A stretch of 64,000 nucleotides of DNA, taken from the NCBI RefSeq assembly GCF_001194135.2, contig NC_068983.1:143075156-143139155 (forward strand), in the 5' to 3' direction. The notes beneath the pieces were generated by a model that did not search any database, was not told the origin of the DNA, and saw nothing but the letters and a program-made list of their open reading frames with translations. Position 1 is the first letter of the stretch. Every line of letters starts with the position of its first letter. This stretch comes from Octopus bimaculoides. Taxonomy: Eukaryota. The translations under genes and the position numbers were made by a program. Of the stretch, positions 27,069 to 39,613 are shown in pieces.

Positions 27069-27940
27069 ATACATTTATGTCAAAATAGACTGAAATTCCA
27101 AGTCTCTTATAGAGTTTTATCATTGCATGTTTTAAACAGTAAACATCAAAGTTGGTTTTCGTCCACATGGGGATATATTCCCCGATTTTTTTTTCCGCAG
27201 CATGACTATGTTTTAAACATATAAACATACTGTATGTACTGAATTGTTTTTAGTTCACATGCTTCGTTTAAGATTTTCAAGTTGTGCAACGGCGCCAGAA
27301 TTATAGAAAAAATGCTAGCCTTCCCTTTACTTATTTATTCATTTATTTTTATTTATATGTACTCAGTGTATTTTAGTTTTCACTGCACTATTTTGTTCTA
27401 ACAAATTATCTTGTAAATTTGAGTGGACAGACTGCCTTGCTTACAGTAGTAGGTAGGCCTGTCTTTCAGTGAAAGTTAAAAGTGAAATGTAGACAGATAT
27501 TATTTCTAGGTGTAGGTAGATTGATGGAATCGGGGTTTATGCTCCTAGAGTTCAATCCTAGGTCAGATTATTTTGAGAGAGAAAAGGAGAAAATCTAATT
27601 TTCTTTCTGAATAGTGCTTAATATTGAATTGACTGACGATAATTTGGGAGCAATAGAGCTTGTACGTGATAGGGTCGGGGAGGAGCGCATGGTGATTTAC
27701 TCTCAGTTTAGCTTGAAATTGTTTAATGAGGAGTGAGGTGAGGGACAAAAGAGACGAGAAAGAAAGAAAGAGAGAAAAAAACTTGTTTACCATTGCAGGT
27801 TGACGGGTTGCTCAATTTCGATAAAGGGAGTGTGGTGCAATATATGATGTGCTGATTACTTCTGCAGTTTAATTCTGGTTCGACAGGGCAGTTTGCTTTG
27901 AGAAAGAATGAATGTTGGAGAAACTCGATATTTATGATAT

Positions 27941-27971
<31 letters not shown>

Positions 27972-29893
27972 AAGAGAGGTTATTTAGAATGGACAAAAAT
28001 GATTTGTATGAAAACTTGACTTTTCCTGCAGTTCTGCTTGCTTTGCGAATGTTTCGCAGTTAAGTGTCTGTGGTAAACAATGGTTAAAGATTATTCGTTT
28101 TGAAAGACGGACGCTCATTTCATATTCCAGTTGTTCAGATCTTATGTATTGAAGACTTAGTTTATTTCTGTCCAAAAGTATATCTTCTTTCCTTTAACCT
28201 TCTCTGTGTTTTGAAGATCAATTTGCACATTTATTTAAACTCCTAACTTCATACATCTCGTCCCATCCGTCTCTAGGTGATCACCCCAAAACCAGCCGTT
28301 TTAAAACTAATAAATACCAGACCCCACTCCCTCAACTCTTTATTAGTGATAAAATAAAATAATTTATATCCATATAATTCTTTTTTTTTTATAATGTGGA
28401 CAAATTTTAAAGAAGTTTTTAAAAATCATCTCAATTATATTAAACGTGTTAGTTTGTCCCTTTTCATTCTTCATAGAACCACTACCAATGAGAAGCATTA
28501 ACTTAGATGGTGAATTGATAGAACCGTTTGCTCTTCTGGTTCTAAGTTCAAAGCTGGCCAAGGTCATTTTGCCTTTCATTCTTCCGAGGTCGATGAAATA
28601 AAGTACCAGTCAAATGCTGGGTTGATTTATATTCTTATAAAACATCATAGATGTGAATGGAATAGAATACTGAAATCTGAAATTAAGCTGAACCGTCAAA
28701 GCGTACGTCTTTTTGATTGCGAAATATCAGTTATCACTAAGTAATAAATCTGACCTTTTTCTTCTTTTCTCCATCACACACTCTTTGTATATGTGTGAAA
28801 TATATGAGCCATACATGTTTTTAAAGTCACAAACACTACGAAGCTTCTACTTGACTATTCTGCCAGCAAGAAATAACGCTAAAATCTCCTTCAGATCGCA
28901 CCATATCTTAAAGAAGGAAAGATACATTCAAATATATTAGTCCTACTAGATGCATTAGAGCGCAGATATACCCGGAAAAAGACTGAATGGTCTTGGCTAG
29001 AACGCTTTTGATACTAAGTCAGCTCAATTAGAGTTGGCGTAGGGCTGAACAATAAGTCACTACGTGGTCATTTGATCTTTGAGAAATATGCAGGCGAATC
29101 TTTCTTAATTCATATTACCGTCTTTAATAATGATAGACATACTAGATAAATGTATTGTACAGGTTTGCTGAATTATAAGGTGAATAGTAATAGATAGAAT
29201 GTCGTTGGTCATTCAGATTTGCTCAATCGGAGTTGACGTGAGACTAAACAACTGCCGAACTGTTCTTTCCAGTCAATACAAACAAAAAGCATACGGATTG
29301 ACCAATAAGTTGTGAATTGAACTTATTTGAAACTACAGAACCTTGTATTTTACTCTATTATTGGTGTTGAGTACGCTTCACCTTTGCACTTATATGCTTT
29401 CATATATAGGGGAAAATGGGGTTAGATGAAACATGTCAATATATATATATATATATATATAAAGTTTTATTTGGACCATAACACGTCCTTGCATTCTAGC
29501 TCGTAGACCGACTGATCAACTAACTGGAAACAAGTTTTGTACAGACGAAACCTTCTTCTCCTGTTGTTGAACAATACAGACAGAATAAATACAATGTACT
29601 CGGGTTCACAATACCATCTGCTATTGTGAATTTGGGGTATACATACATAGTCTACTCAGAACAGGTTTGTTTGTTATCATCATTTTTATTCATTTCATCA
29701 ACTTGTGCAAGCAACATAATAGTTCATATTTTTCCTTCCATGGAAAAATCATAACACATTTTCCCAGGCCGGTATTTGAAAGGTCTTCTCATTCCCGAAC
29801 TCCTGTTTCTTAAGAAAATGACTCGATCTTTGCTCTTTCATTCTCCGCCCAAGACCGTTTCTTGTTTTTTGTTTTTTTTCAGACAAAGTCAAT

Positions 29894-30550
29894 ATCTATT
29901 TTAAAACGGGGGCGCCAGTTTTCATTTATGTTTTATGTAGTGTTTTTGGTACGGAAAGACTTTCAAACTTCGTATACTTATCTATTTTGTGTTATAGAAC
30001 AGAAAAATATTTTTGTATTCGAATTTATTTCATGTAAAAAATTGTCTTATTTCGATAATTTCTACTAATCACTGACGTCTATTCAGTTGAAAACAGTTAG
30101 CGCTGTAACGGTGTATATCGTATTAATACCCTAACCCTAACCCTAACTAGACTGTTAACCGTAACCATAACCCTAACCCCAAAACTAACCCTAACTCTAG
30201 AATCCGAACTCTAAAATTGTTACACACAGATACGCACAGCGTAATTTATTATATAAACAATATATGCGTATAAATTACGATTAAACCGGATGAAATATGT
30301 CACAGGGAATAACATTTTTATGACCGCCCAGCAGTAACTCTATTGAGCTGAATAGACGTCAGTGATTGGTTGAAATTACAGAAATACGACAACTTTAACA
30401 TGGAATAACTTGCGAATTCCTTTTTTTTGTTAAGAAGACTAAGAGTAAATGATGTTTTATATGACACATTCTACCAGTGTCCCAAGTTTCAAAGTGTTTC
30501 GTTAGTGTTTCGTTAAGAAAATACTGGCGCCCCCGTTTTAAAATAGATCC
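29894..30550. mobile_element. Non-autonomous DNA transposon with TIRs, about 8-bp TSD and internal (CCCTAA)n
   Basis: atctattttaaaacgggggcgccagt at left and its inverse actggcgcccccgttttaaaatagatcc at right; caaagtca flanks both ends (29884-29891, 30551-30558); telomere-like hexamers at about 30129-30196. Confidence 0.8.
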
Positions 30551-30647
30551 CAAAGTCATATTAAGATATGTGGCACTCGTTCAAATTCCAAGCAGCTGAC
30601 GTCCTATTGAGTTTAAGTGCTACATGTGCCGGTCTACTTGTGATAGA

Positions 30648-30924
30648 GGGTTTAGTTGGAGCGTGTTCCAACTAACCCGCTCGTCAAATTCCAACTAGCT
30701 CCAGACAGTAATAGCGTCAACATACAGTGTGCATACTAGAAATTGAAACAAATTATTTGCTGCTCCATACCCATTATATTCTACTGAACAATCAACACAC
30801 AGAAGTGTTTATTATATGGTTGAAAGGCAGTATGAGGCATTCAGAAGATAGCAACAGTCTTCACCAGGTCCTTTGGTTCTACGAAAAAGAGGTGTTTCAG
30901 CTCACGCCGCGTTCCAACTAACCC
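30648..30924. mobile_element. Possible MITE with GGGTTAG-starting inverted ends
   Basis: gggtttagttggagcgtg at left versus cgcgttccaactaaccc at right, with a second gttccaactaaccc copy at 30665-30678; no TSD seen. Confidence 0.4.
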
Positions 30925-33535
30925 AACTTCCTCAATATATATATATATGCCTGTGTAATTGAGAAGTTTTGTACCCGATCTCGTAGTTTAGGGTTCAGTC
31001 CTAACGTGCGGCACCTTGGGCAAGTGTGTCCTACTAAAGTCCCTGGCCGACTAGTCTTGTGATTTTTGTAGACAACTGTATGTGAGAGCGTATCTATATT
31101 TGTAACTCTCCGAAAATTGCAAGCCACAAACGATGCTGTCATTTCTTGTCGACAAATCGTTTGGTGACATTTCACTGTTGAAGCCATTGAAATAAGAGAT
31201 CACTTACTTGAAAAAAAAAACAAAACTGTTAAGGGTTAGTGACAGGAAGGGCATTCGACTATATTCGTTCTGATACAACTAGCGTGGAACACTTTGAGAG
31301 GGAAGTTAGCGATGTGAAAACTATATATATATATATATATATAAATATATATATCGAGTTATTAGATTCATCAGCAACATTATAATTATAAAAAAAAAGA
31401 TTGAAATGTAGTTTAAATAATGAAATAAAAGCCCTTCGACTCAGCAGAAATATTGGCAATAATGAAATGGGCTGAGTTGGGTGGAAGCAAGGTTTGGACC
31501 TTCAGAAAGTCAGTAGTGCCAATACCTTGTATAATTTATGCAATACCTACCTATGTCAGTACATTTCGTACAAATTACGTTTTGCAATTTATCGTTCTAT
31601 TCGAAATGTAATCTTTAACCAAAGTCACAAAGTCACAAACTTATTTTAAAAGCGGAGCTATTTCATAGCGCTCTCTCACACACATACATACAGTGTATAC
31701 ACAGAGCACTCATTATGCATGATTTAGTGATATTTATATCCATGAGCGTGTGACTATTTTATGTCACAAACTTTATTCAGTGCTGTTTTCCACAATTCCT
31801 AGTGTTTCAGTTTTTTTTTTTTTTTTCGTAAATATTTCTAGTCATAATTACATTTGGGACCAAATCATCTATTTTAATTCGTTTGAAAAAAAAAATCAAT
31901 TTGTTTTTGTTTTAAAATCCATTTCACTTTTCTGATTATTTTTAGTTCTGTTCAGTAAGTTTCAGAAGAAAAAAAAACTCCTTTCGTAACAAAGTATTAT
32001 TGCACATGTGTTATGGAAAATAATACTGAATAAACATTGTACAATGCATATTGCATCAGTTAGAAAAATATACATGTATTTTTTCTATTTACATTCATAT
32101 TTGAAGAAAAAGAAGAAAAAAAACCTGTGCGTAAATTAATGACTCCAAAATTTAATTTCATGAATCAATATAAATAATAGTGGAGGAAAATTTGAGGCGT
32201 TTCACAGAGTCGCTTATCAAGAAAAAGTGCACGCATTACGTCTTTGAGAGGGAAGTTAGCAGGTGATAAATAGAATCGATGAGTGAGAAAAAGGCAGTGT
32301 GGGAGAATAGAGGGGAAAGGAAGAGTAAGGAGGACATAAAAAGTGTGAGAAGTGAGGTAATAAAAGAAAAAGGAAGATAAACGCTGTAGTACCGTACATC
32401 TTAATGATAATGATAATTGAAACTATAGACAGTGTTATACTCTTTTATGTTGAGTGTCTTAGAGTTTTGATAAATTTTATCGATAAAATATACACCAGTC
32501 CGACATAAGCACAGAGGTCAATATCATTGTTTAAACACTTGAAGTCGGTATCCCAGCGTGGCTGCAGCCCAATATCTGATACCAGTAAGAGAATAAAAGG
32601 ATACTCAAAAACAGAAGCAGTCATCTTAACTTTATTAGCTTCTCCGCTTAAACATTATTAGTAAGATGCAGAAAATAACTTCCGTGATTCAACTGAGGCC
32701 ATCTGTTTTGCTTACCTCCTCTTTGACCTCCACCCAAAGCTATCTATGCACACTGGCGGTCCAATGGAAGAAATAAAGTACCACTTCAGCGTGTTGTCTA
32801 CTTAGACATTTACACTTTTAGCGTACTGTTTGACGCTAACCCTAATCCCAACCCCTCATCAAGATCAGGTCATTTCACAACGTAGACTATAAATATTGCG
32901 TTAGACCGTGAAAGTAGCATCTAAAAAAAAAAGCCTATACAGTCACTCGATCGGCTACAAAGAACAACCAGATCTCGCGTATATCACATATTTGTATCTT
33001 AAAAAGAAAAAAGACATGGGATATAGTTCAACATGTACTATGTCTGACGAGATCAGACAGGATGCCTTCCATCAGAGATTGATTCTATCAGAGCCGACTT
33101 GGGTTGAAAACAAGAACAGGAACTAACTGGACAATCGGAAACTGTACAACATCCCCAGACTATCACACATTGTTCCACTGAGAGACCTGTCCTAGGACAT
33201 TCAAATTTCTGGAGCCGACAGCCAAATATATCAACCTCAAATTACAACCTACCGTCTGAATAACAAACAGGTGAGGTGGTCACGATTGGAATGCCTTTCA
33301 TCATAGGTCAACAACAATCACGACATGACAGTGCTCAAGCTGGCTCTTAGCCCCTGGCACATGGTCATTCATCTGACTACGTAACATGCGCAATTAACCT
33401 ACTCGATTAAAAGATGGTCGAGGAGGAATCTGAAATACTGTGGACGATGCCCATACACTGATAACAATGACAAGACTTGAGAATAGATTTAATCCCATGT
33501 TCTATGTATAGTTTAATTTGTACCTTAAAACTTTT

Positions 33536-33567
<32 letters not shown>

Positions 33568-34413
33568 GCACTAGAAAGAAGACGAGTATACTTTATATAG
33601 ATTTTTATTTGTAAATTGATATAGAAGATCATAATTGGTTGGTTGCTGTGTTACCGTTAAAGAGACATGTATTGTTGAGACTGTAAATTGTTTGTTCAGC
33701 TGCACGTTCAGTTGTTCAGATGAGCTATAAAGTATAAATAGAGAGAGAGAGAGTGAGTGTGAGTGTGCGTGTGAGCTGTGAAAGATCTTCCCTGCTTGCC
33801 TGAAAAATAACAGAGATTGTGATGGTGGTGTCGGTGGTGATGGTGAATTGTACTATCAGCTAGCTACCTTGGGTCATGCACGCTTGTGTGTATCTGCCTC
33901 TATAAAGTGCGTGTTTTTATGTACATACAATATAGGCATATACATCTCTCTCTCTCTTTTATATCAGTATTTAGTTTGTGAAAGTTTATTTATGTTTCTA
34001 ACATTAAGATGCTTAAAATATTTTTTTATATTTTATGTCTTTATTTTCTCTCTCCAAATACGTGTATGTAAATGTGTATAATACATACACATATAGAATA
34101 TGAGGTAGGGTTAGTTCACTTGTGATCTAAACGAATTGGTAAATGCTATATAGTTGGTCGACCGTTAGGTTCCAAGATCACAGCTAATGCTGGATCTAGG
34201 GATCCGTATTAGGGTTTCGTTTTTGCAGGTATAGAGGGAAAATCAAAAACCAAGGCAGAGCGAGTATTTCAAGTCATTTAAAATAGCCGTTTCTGGGATA
34301 ACACAAGTGGTAGGTTAGCATGTCCACGCATTGGACGTTCCGTCATCAGTGACAAAGTATGAATATTTTAGACAGAAAATTTACAATTTACAAGGAATAA
34401 AATTCACAGTTTA

Positions 34414-34647
34414 TAAGGAATAAAATAGAATAAGAGTAAATAGAAGGATAAAGAGTAAAGGTAGAATATAGGCAGGAGAATAATGTTTACAACATTATCG
34501 ACCTGTACCTTCATGGAAGTACCGACCAACATCCATATCCTCTTGAAAAAGAGGAGTTGTGGACATTATTCTCCTGCCTATATTTTTCTAACTACTTTTA
34601 CTCTTTATTCTTCACTTTACTCCCTTATTCTTCCATTTTATTCCTTA
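34414..34647. repeat. Imperfect foldback with purine/pyrimidine arms
   Basis: taaggaataaaat...aatataggcaggagaataatgt mirrored by acattattctcctgcctatatt...attttattcctta. Confidence 0.8.
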
Positions 34648-35409
34648 GAATTAAGTTACTGGATTTTATCCTAACAAATTGTGAATATATACAGCTTTTT
34701 TATTAAGTGTTCAAGTTATTCTCTCATTCGTCCGACAAAACACACACTCACACTTATCTAAAAATCCTCGAGTCAAAAACTCGCAAAAAGCATTAAATAG
34801 TAAATACAGCTATGGTCAAGAACCATGGAAAGTAACACCACCTAAACCCTATTGCACGGTGTGTTTTAAGCTTCAGCTGGTCGGAAGGTGGATGGTGGTG
34901 GCTACACAACAATACACACACGCACATTGTAAACTTCATATAATCAAGATACCCTTCGGATAATTACTGCTTCCGAGGTTACGCTCGCTATGAAACATAT
35001 GTACCCAGATTTGGAGATTATATATATATATATATATATATATATAATCAGCGCGTTGCTGTAATCTGTTGCATGAAACTGTTTACAAAGAAGAAATTGT
35101 ATTGCCCTGAGGTCTATTGTTTACGGTAAAATATGTTCCCGTTTGCAAACTTTTCACTGTTTGCCGATTCAAACAACCGTCACTAGTTTCCCTTGATTGT
35201 ACTGATTTGTATCAAATAATTTCAGAGTCCGAAAAATATGTAATAGCTACGGCTGAAATGCATTTGATGATGGGGCTGCGGTCAGAATTGATATAGGGGT
35301 ATACAACAGCAATGAATCTAACTGGTTCTTCAGAAATGGCAAATGAATGGCCATTTCGTAACTTTAACATTTGTTATATGAAACTATTTAGTAAATGAAG
35401 ATGTATTTA

Positions 35410-35605
35410 ATATTGGTGCCAAATTTTGGTACAAGGCCAGCAATTTTAGGAGAGTGGGGTCAAATCGATTACATCGGTCTCATTGTTCAATTGTATCGAC
35501 CCCGAAAGGATGAAAAGCAAAGACGACCTCGACGGAATTTGAAAGGACGAAATACTGCGAAGTATTTTGCTCGGCGTGCTAACGTTTCTGCTTGCTCGCC
35601 GCCTT
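35410..35605 (-). mobile_element. (ATT)n-tailed SINE, minus strand
   Basis: Reverse complement of the consensus. Other copies at about 6830..6980, 8170..8280, 22100..22380 (-), 28520..28625, 40490..40612, 43060..43210, 59230..59320. Confidence 0.8.
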
Positions 35606-35976
35606 GGAAATGTTTTTAATATTATTCAGCTGTCGATTAACACTGATCCATCAATGACCATCTCGCCTTTATTTCAGACACAGTGTATCGCAGACTACGT
35701 TATTCAATGTTTGTTTTGAAAGCAGTAGGATGTGATTTGAGGGAGAATTGGTTGCCATTTCTAATAGATCGAGTGATTGTGTGAAGCAATCCTGTGCAAA
35801 CTCCGGTCCACAAGACACTGACACGCGGTAGTAAAATTACTTTGAATTTTTTAGCAATGCGGTCTGTCTATGATGAACCATTGTCTCATGCGGCCCGCTT
35901 TTCGGAAGTGGTTTTCCATGCCTGATATAGAGACTCATTGTTATTTTAAATTGTCACATATAAATTACCTTCTCAA

Positions 35977-36330
35977 ATTTTCTCTAGAATTTAGAGCCAG
36001 CACTAAAAGTTACGATGTTTCGTATACGAATACGTCTACGTGAACAGTGCGATCGAAGATTGAAAAATAGGTAATGGATGAGTATACATATTTCAGGAGT
36101 TATTGTTCCTCCTTCAGCATCACATCCCACCCATTAACTGTAGTGGGTATTTAAGCAATGTGTTTGGGATGGTTTAATCGGTTGGATGCGATGCTGAAGA
36201 AAGAGCCATAACTCCTGAAATACGCATATACGCCTATTACCAATTTTTCTATCTTCAATCGCATCGTTTGCATTGATGTACTCGTATACGAATTGTCGTA
36301 ACTTTCAATGCCCTGAATTCTATAGAAAAT
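35977..36330. repeat. Long imperfect foldback (arms about 150 bp)
   Basis: aagttacgatgtttcgtatacga / tcgtatacgaattgtcgtaactt; atttcaggagttat / ataactcctgaaat; ttcagcatcacatcc / ggatgcgatgctgaa. Confidence 0.85.
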
Positions 36331-37120
36331 CTGTTGAGTTGACTTAAAAGTGATTGCGTCGCACTTCTTTTAACGCAAAAGTAGGACACGGTATTGACCC
36401 AGTAGTATATTTATGGTTGCAAAACGAAATACGGTGTCCCTACCAGCAATTAATACTTTGTATTGTAGTTATCGTTTAGTCTCATATTAGTTCTGATCAG
36501 CTAGACATATAAAAGTTGATCTTTCTTCTGTCTTCGACTTCCTTTCTGTCTCCCTCACTCTGATTTATGTTTTCATATATGACCGTGACACTCACGCCTT
36601 TTTCTTTCTTTCTTTTTTATTTTTTATTTTTCTTATCGAGGCAGTTTATTGTCAGCAGCGTGTTCTGTTTTGCCTGGCACACAGTTTCAGAATCCATGTG
36701 CCTGCAAGCTGCATTCATCAAAGCGTGTCGTGGACTTTTCAAAATACGTATTAATACTTAAGCATCTTGAAATTTTGTTATAAGCAAGAAAGGTTTAATA
36801 TAATAAGTTAGGAAATAATTTCCTATGCGTTTCTCATAACTGTGAACATAAAAGGTTGATTTTTTTCTCTCTTTAAACTTTGCATGTGAAGAGGGCCAAA
36901 GATTTGAGACCCACTGCAAGAAGGCATGTTTTGAAGGAAATTTGGCTGTTATTTCCAGCATGTCAAACGATGATTAGGATTATTTAGTGTAGTGATCTCG
37001 AGCTAACCTTTTCTCTGTCTCGCACCATTGTGTAAATAACTTTTTAGCACTCCTTACAAAAGCCATATCACATTTGAAAACGTAAGTCATTTTTCTAACC
37101 ACAATAACTTACTGTCAACA

Positions 37121-37160
<40 letters not shown>

Positions 37161-37345
37161 ATACAAAGAATATATATACATGTATACACACATATATGTA
37201 CATACTTACATCTACATGTGTATATATATGCATATCAGGGTACAGGACGTTAGAACAATAAACTACAGACAACGGAACGAACACATCGGAAAGCCACTTG
37301 GAATATCCCTTCATCAGCTGTCTCTATTCTATCTAGACGTTTCGA

Positions 37346-37402
<57 letters not shown>

Positions 37403-37519
37403 GCTGTTTCAATATGTATTTTTCAATTGGACCACATAGTATTTTGGAATAATAAAGTTCTTGGTGTGCTAGAACAACAGTTATTTTTAAGGGAAAGTGA
37501 ATTTTATTCTGCGATTTAA

Positions 37520-37855
37520 ATAAGTAGATACTTTCTCTCTGTCGCCGCTCCGCCACCGTTTATTTAATTATTTCAGTTGTAAAATGTGGGACTAAATACT
37601 TTGTAGTATTTAGATTGGTTCAAATCCAGCAAGAGATGATGTGTTCATTTTATCCTATTGTATATGATAATTATAATTGCCTGATTGGTCGATCTAGTCT
37701 TGTTAGTAATCTTTCCATCTCTTGTTCGCAGGAGCCCAATATTGTTTTATATTACCGGTTTCCTGTTATCACCCACCTCTCTCTCTTGGAGTTCCCTTCT
37801 TTCTCTCGTTGCTCTTGTCTCCTTCGCTCTGATTTACGTTCTCATATTTGTTAGT
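37520..37855 (+). promoter_or_regulatory. Candidate promoter/first exon of the plus-strand (ZNF) transcription unit
   Basis: GC-rich gtcgccgctccgccaccg, two reverse CCAAT boxes (gattgg near 37614 and 37684), pyrimidine-rich leader and a GTTAGT donor at 37850, just before CpG depletion begins. Confidence 0.3.
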
Positions 37856-37902
37856 GAAAGAAAAAAATATTGCCCGGACTTTAATTTATTTCCCCTCTTC
37901 CC

Positions 37903-38093
37903 GGTACTACTAAAGCAGCGCGGACCCGAACGCGCAGTCGCGCGTCCGGGCTAGCTAGTCTTGAGTGGTAGATCCTAACCCTATCCCTAACCCGCGTGTG
38001 CAAATGAATACGTGTTTAGGGTTAGGGTTAGGGTTAGGATCGACCACTCACGACTAGCTAGCGCGTTCGGATCCGCACTGCTTTAGTAGTACC
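37903..38093. mobile_element. 191-bp foldback MITE with 9-bp TSD and (TTAGGG)n (MULE- or Merlin-like)
   Basis: TIRs begin GGTACTACTAAAGCAG; exact TSD CCTCTTCCC at 37894-37902 and 38094-38102; arms contain cctaaccctatccctaaccc and ttagggttagggttagggttagg. Confidence 0.9.
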
Positions 38094-38807
38094 CCTCTTC
38101 CCTAATCGATACAATATTTTAATAATTGAAAATAAAAAAAAAACAAAAAACAAAACACACGAATGATTCTCAATTACATTTTACCTGATTTAGTCGGGAG
38201 CCTCTTTTACATGGTCACTCGCCTTGCTAGAACTAGCAGCCATATTTCCCTTCCGACCGTCAAAGGGCATGTCAAAAAAGATGGATTGGTCACTGCTGAA
38301 TTGCATTTGATTACTGATTGTTCTATCGGAGATAATCTGCGGTTAAAAACCGTCTTTTTTTTTTTTTGTCCCAGAAAACTGTTACCTCCATTAAATACTA
38401 ATCGAGCAAGCCAAAAATCAAAGGCATTCCGGCCATAACCGTCTCATTTTTTCAAACATGATATATCAAGTATTACATTACTCAATTGATGTTCCTTTAA
38501 GAGAGGAAGGTGTGATTTAAGGTGATTTTGGCTGCCATTTCTAGTTGTATATATTGCACCTATATATTATTTTGGTCGAGTCAGTCTCTTTTCTTGAGAT
38601 TCATCTGTGAGTGCACAGGATCTTCAGGCAAGTTACATAACTCGCCAGAAGTTCCTGGCTACCTACAGAAAAAACTCAGAGTAGCAAGAAACTAACTCAA
38701 GCAAAATAAAAATATTAATTTCGATTATAGTATCATGTATTCGTTCTTCCAACATTCTATACTAATCATCATTATCATTTAACATGTTTTCCATGCTGGC
38801 ATGGGTT

Positions 38808-39613
38808 GGGTGATTAAAAAGTAACTCCCTATTTTAAAATACTTGTAATTTATTTATTAACTATAATTTTTAGAAAAAATGAATATGTGAAGAAAGTGTA
38901 AAGCGTGGAGTTTTATTTAAAATTCGATATAGGCACCAGCATCTCAAGCCGCCTGGGAACTGCATCAACTAGAGTTCTTCCAAAGTCATTGGTTTGGTCC
39001 TTTAACCAACCCCAAAGAAAAAAGTCACAGGGTGTTAAATCAGGGCTTCTGGCTAGCCAATCACTCAGACCTCGATGACCCATCCATCTCCAAGGGAAGT
39101 GGGCATTCAGCTATTCACAAACAACAGCAAAATGTGGAGGAGCACCATCTTGCATAAAAATCAAATCTTCAATATTCTCCCATGTACTGATAACTGGCCG
39201 GATTTCATCTTGCAACATGGTGAAGTACCTTTCAGCTTTCATGGTATTGCAAAAAATGAAAGCACCTACAATCCTGTCCTAAGTCATTCCACACTATACT
39301 GTTATCTTGGACTGATTCTGCCTCTTTTTCAGAGGTAATACAAGGATCTTCTCTTGCCCAGTAGTGGCAGTTGTGATGGTTCACAAACCCACCGATGTGG
39401 AATACTGCTTCATCGCTCCAGAGGATATTTTTAAAGAGATCAGACCATTCTTCATACAAAGCCAAACTCCAAAATAATTGATCTGAAAGAAAAAACAAAA
39501 AGCAAAAAAAAAACATAGAATCAATTCCCATACGTTAAAGAACACACGCAACAAATTTGAGAAAAAAATTATAGTTGATGAATTTTTAAAATAGGGAGTT
39601 ATTTTTCAACCCA
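38808..39613 (-). mobile_element. Degenerate Tc1/mariner element (DD40/41D type) with TIRs
   Basis: Minus strand ILWSDEAVFHIGGFVNHHNCHYWA...MQDGAPPHFA...WLARSPDLTPCDFFLWGWLK (40 residues D-to-D, one stop, frameshift); termini gggtgattaaaaagtaactccctattttaaaa and ttttaaaatagggagttatttttcaaccc are inverted repeats. Confidence 0.88.

Noticed and set aside
30129-30196. (CCCTAA)n as a chromosome end or fusion scar
   Set aside because: Only a few degenerate units, enclosed by transposon TIRs.
37295-37347. Minus-strand GAAACGTC...CTGATGAAG hammerhead-like pieces (also CTGATGAAG near 56762)
   Set aside because: Stem I cannot form and no GAAA follows stem II; at most a degenerate Penelope-type terminus.
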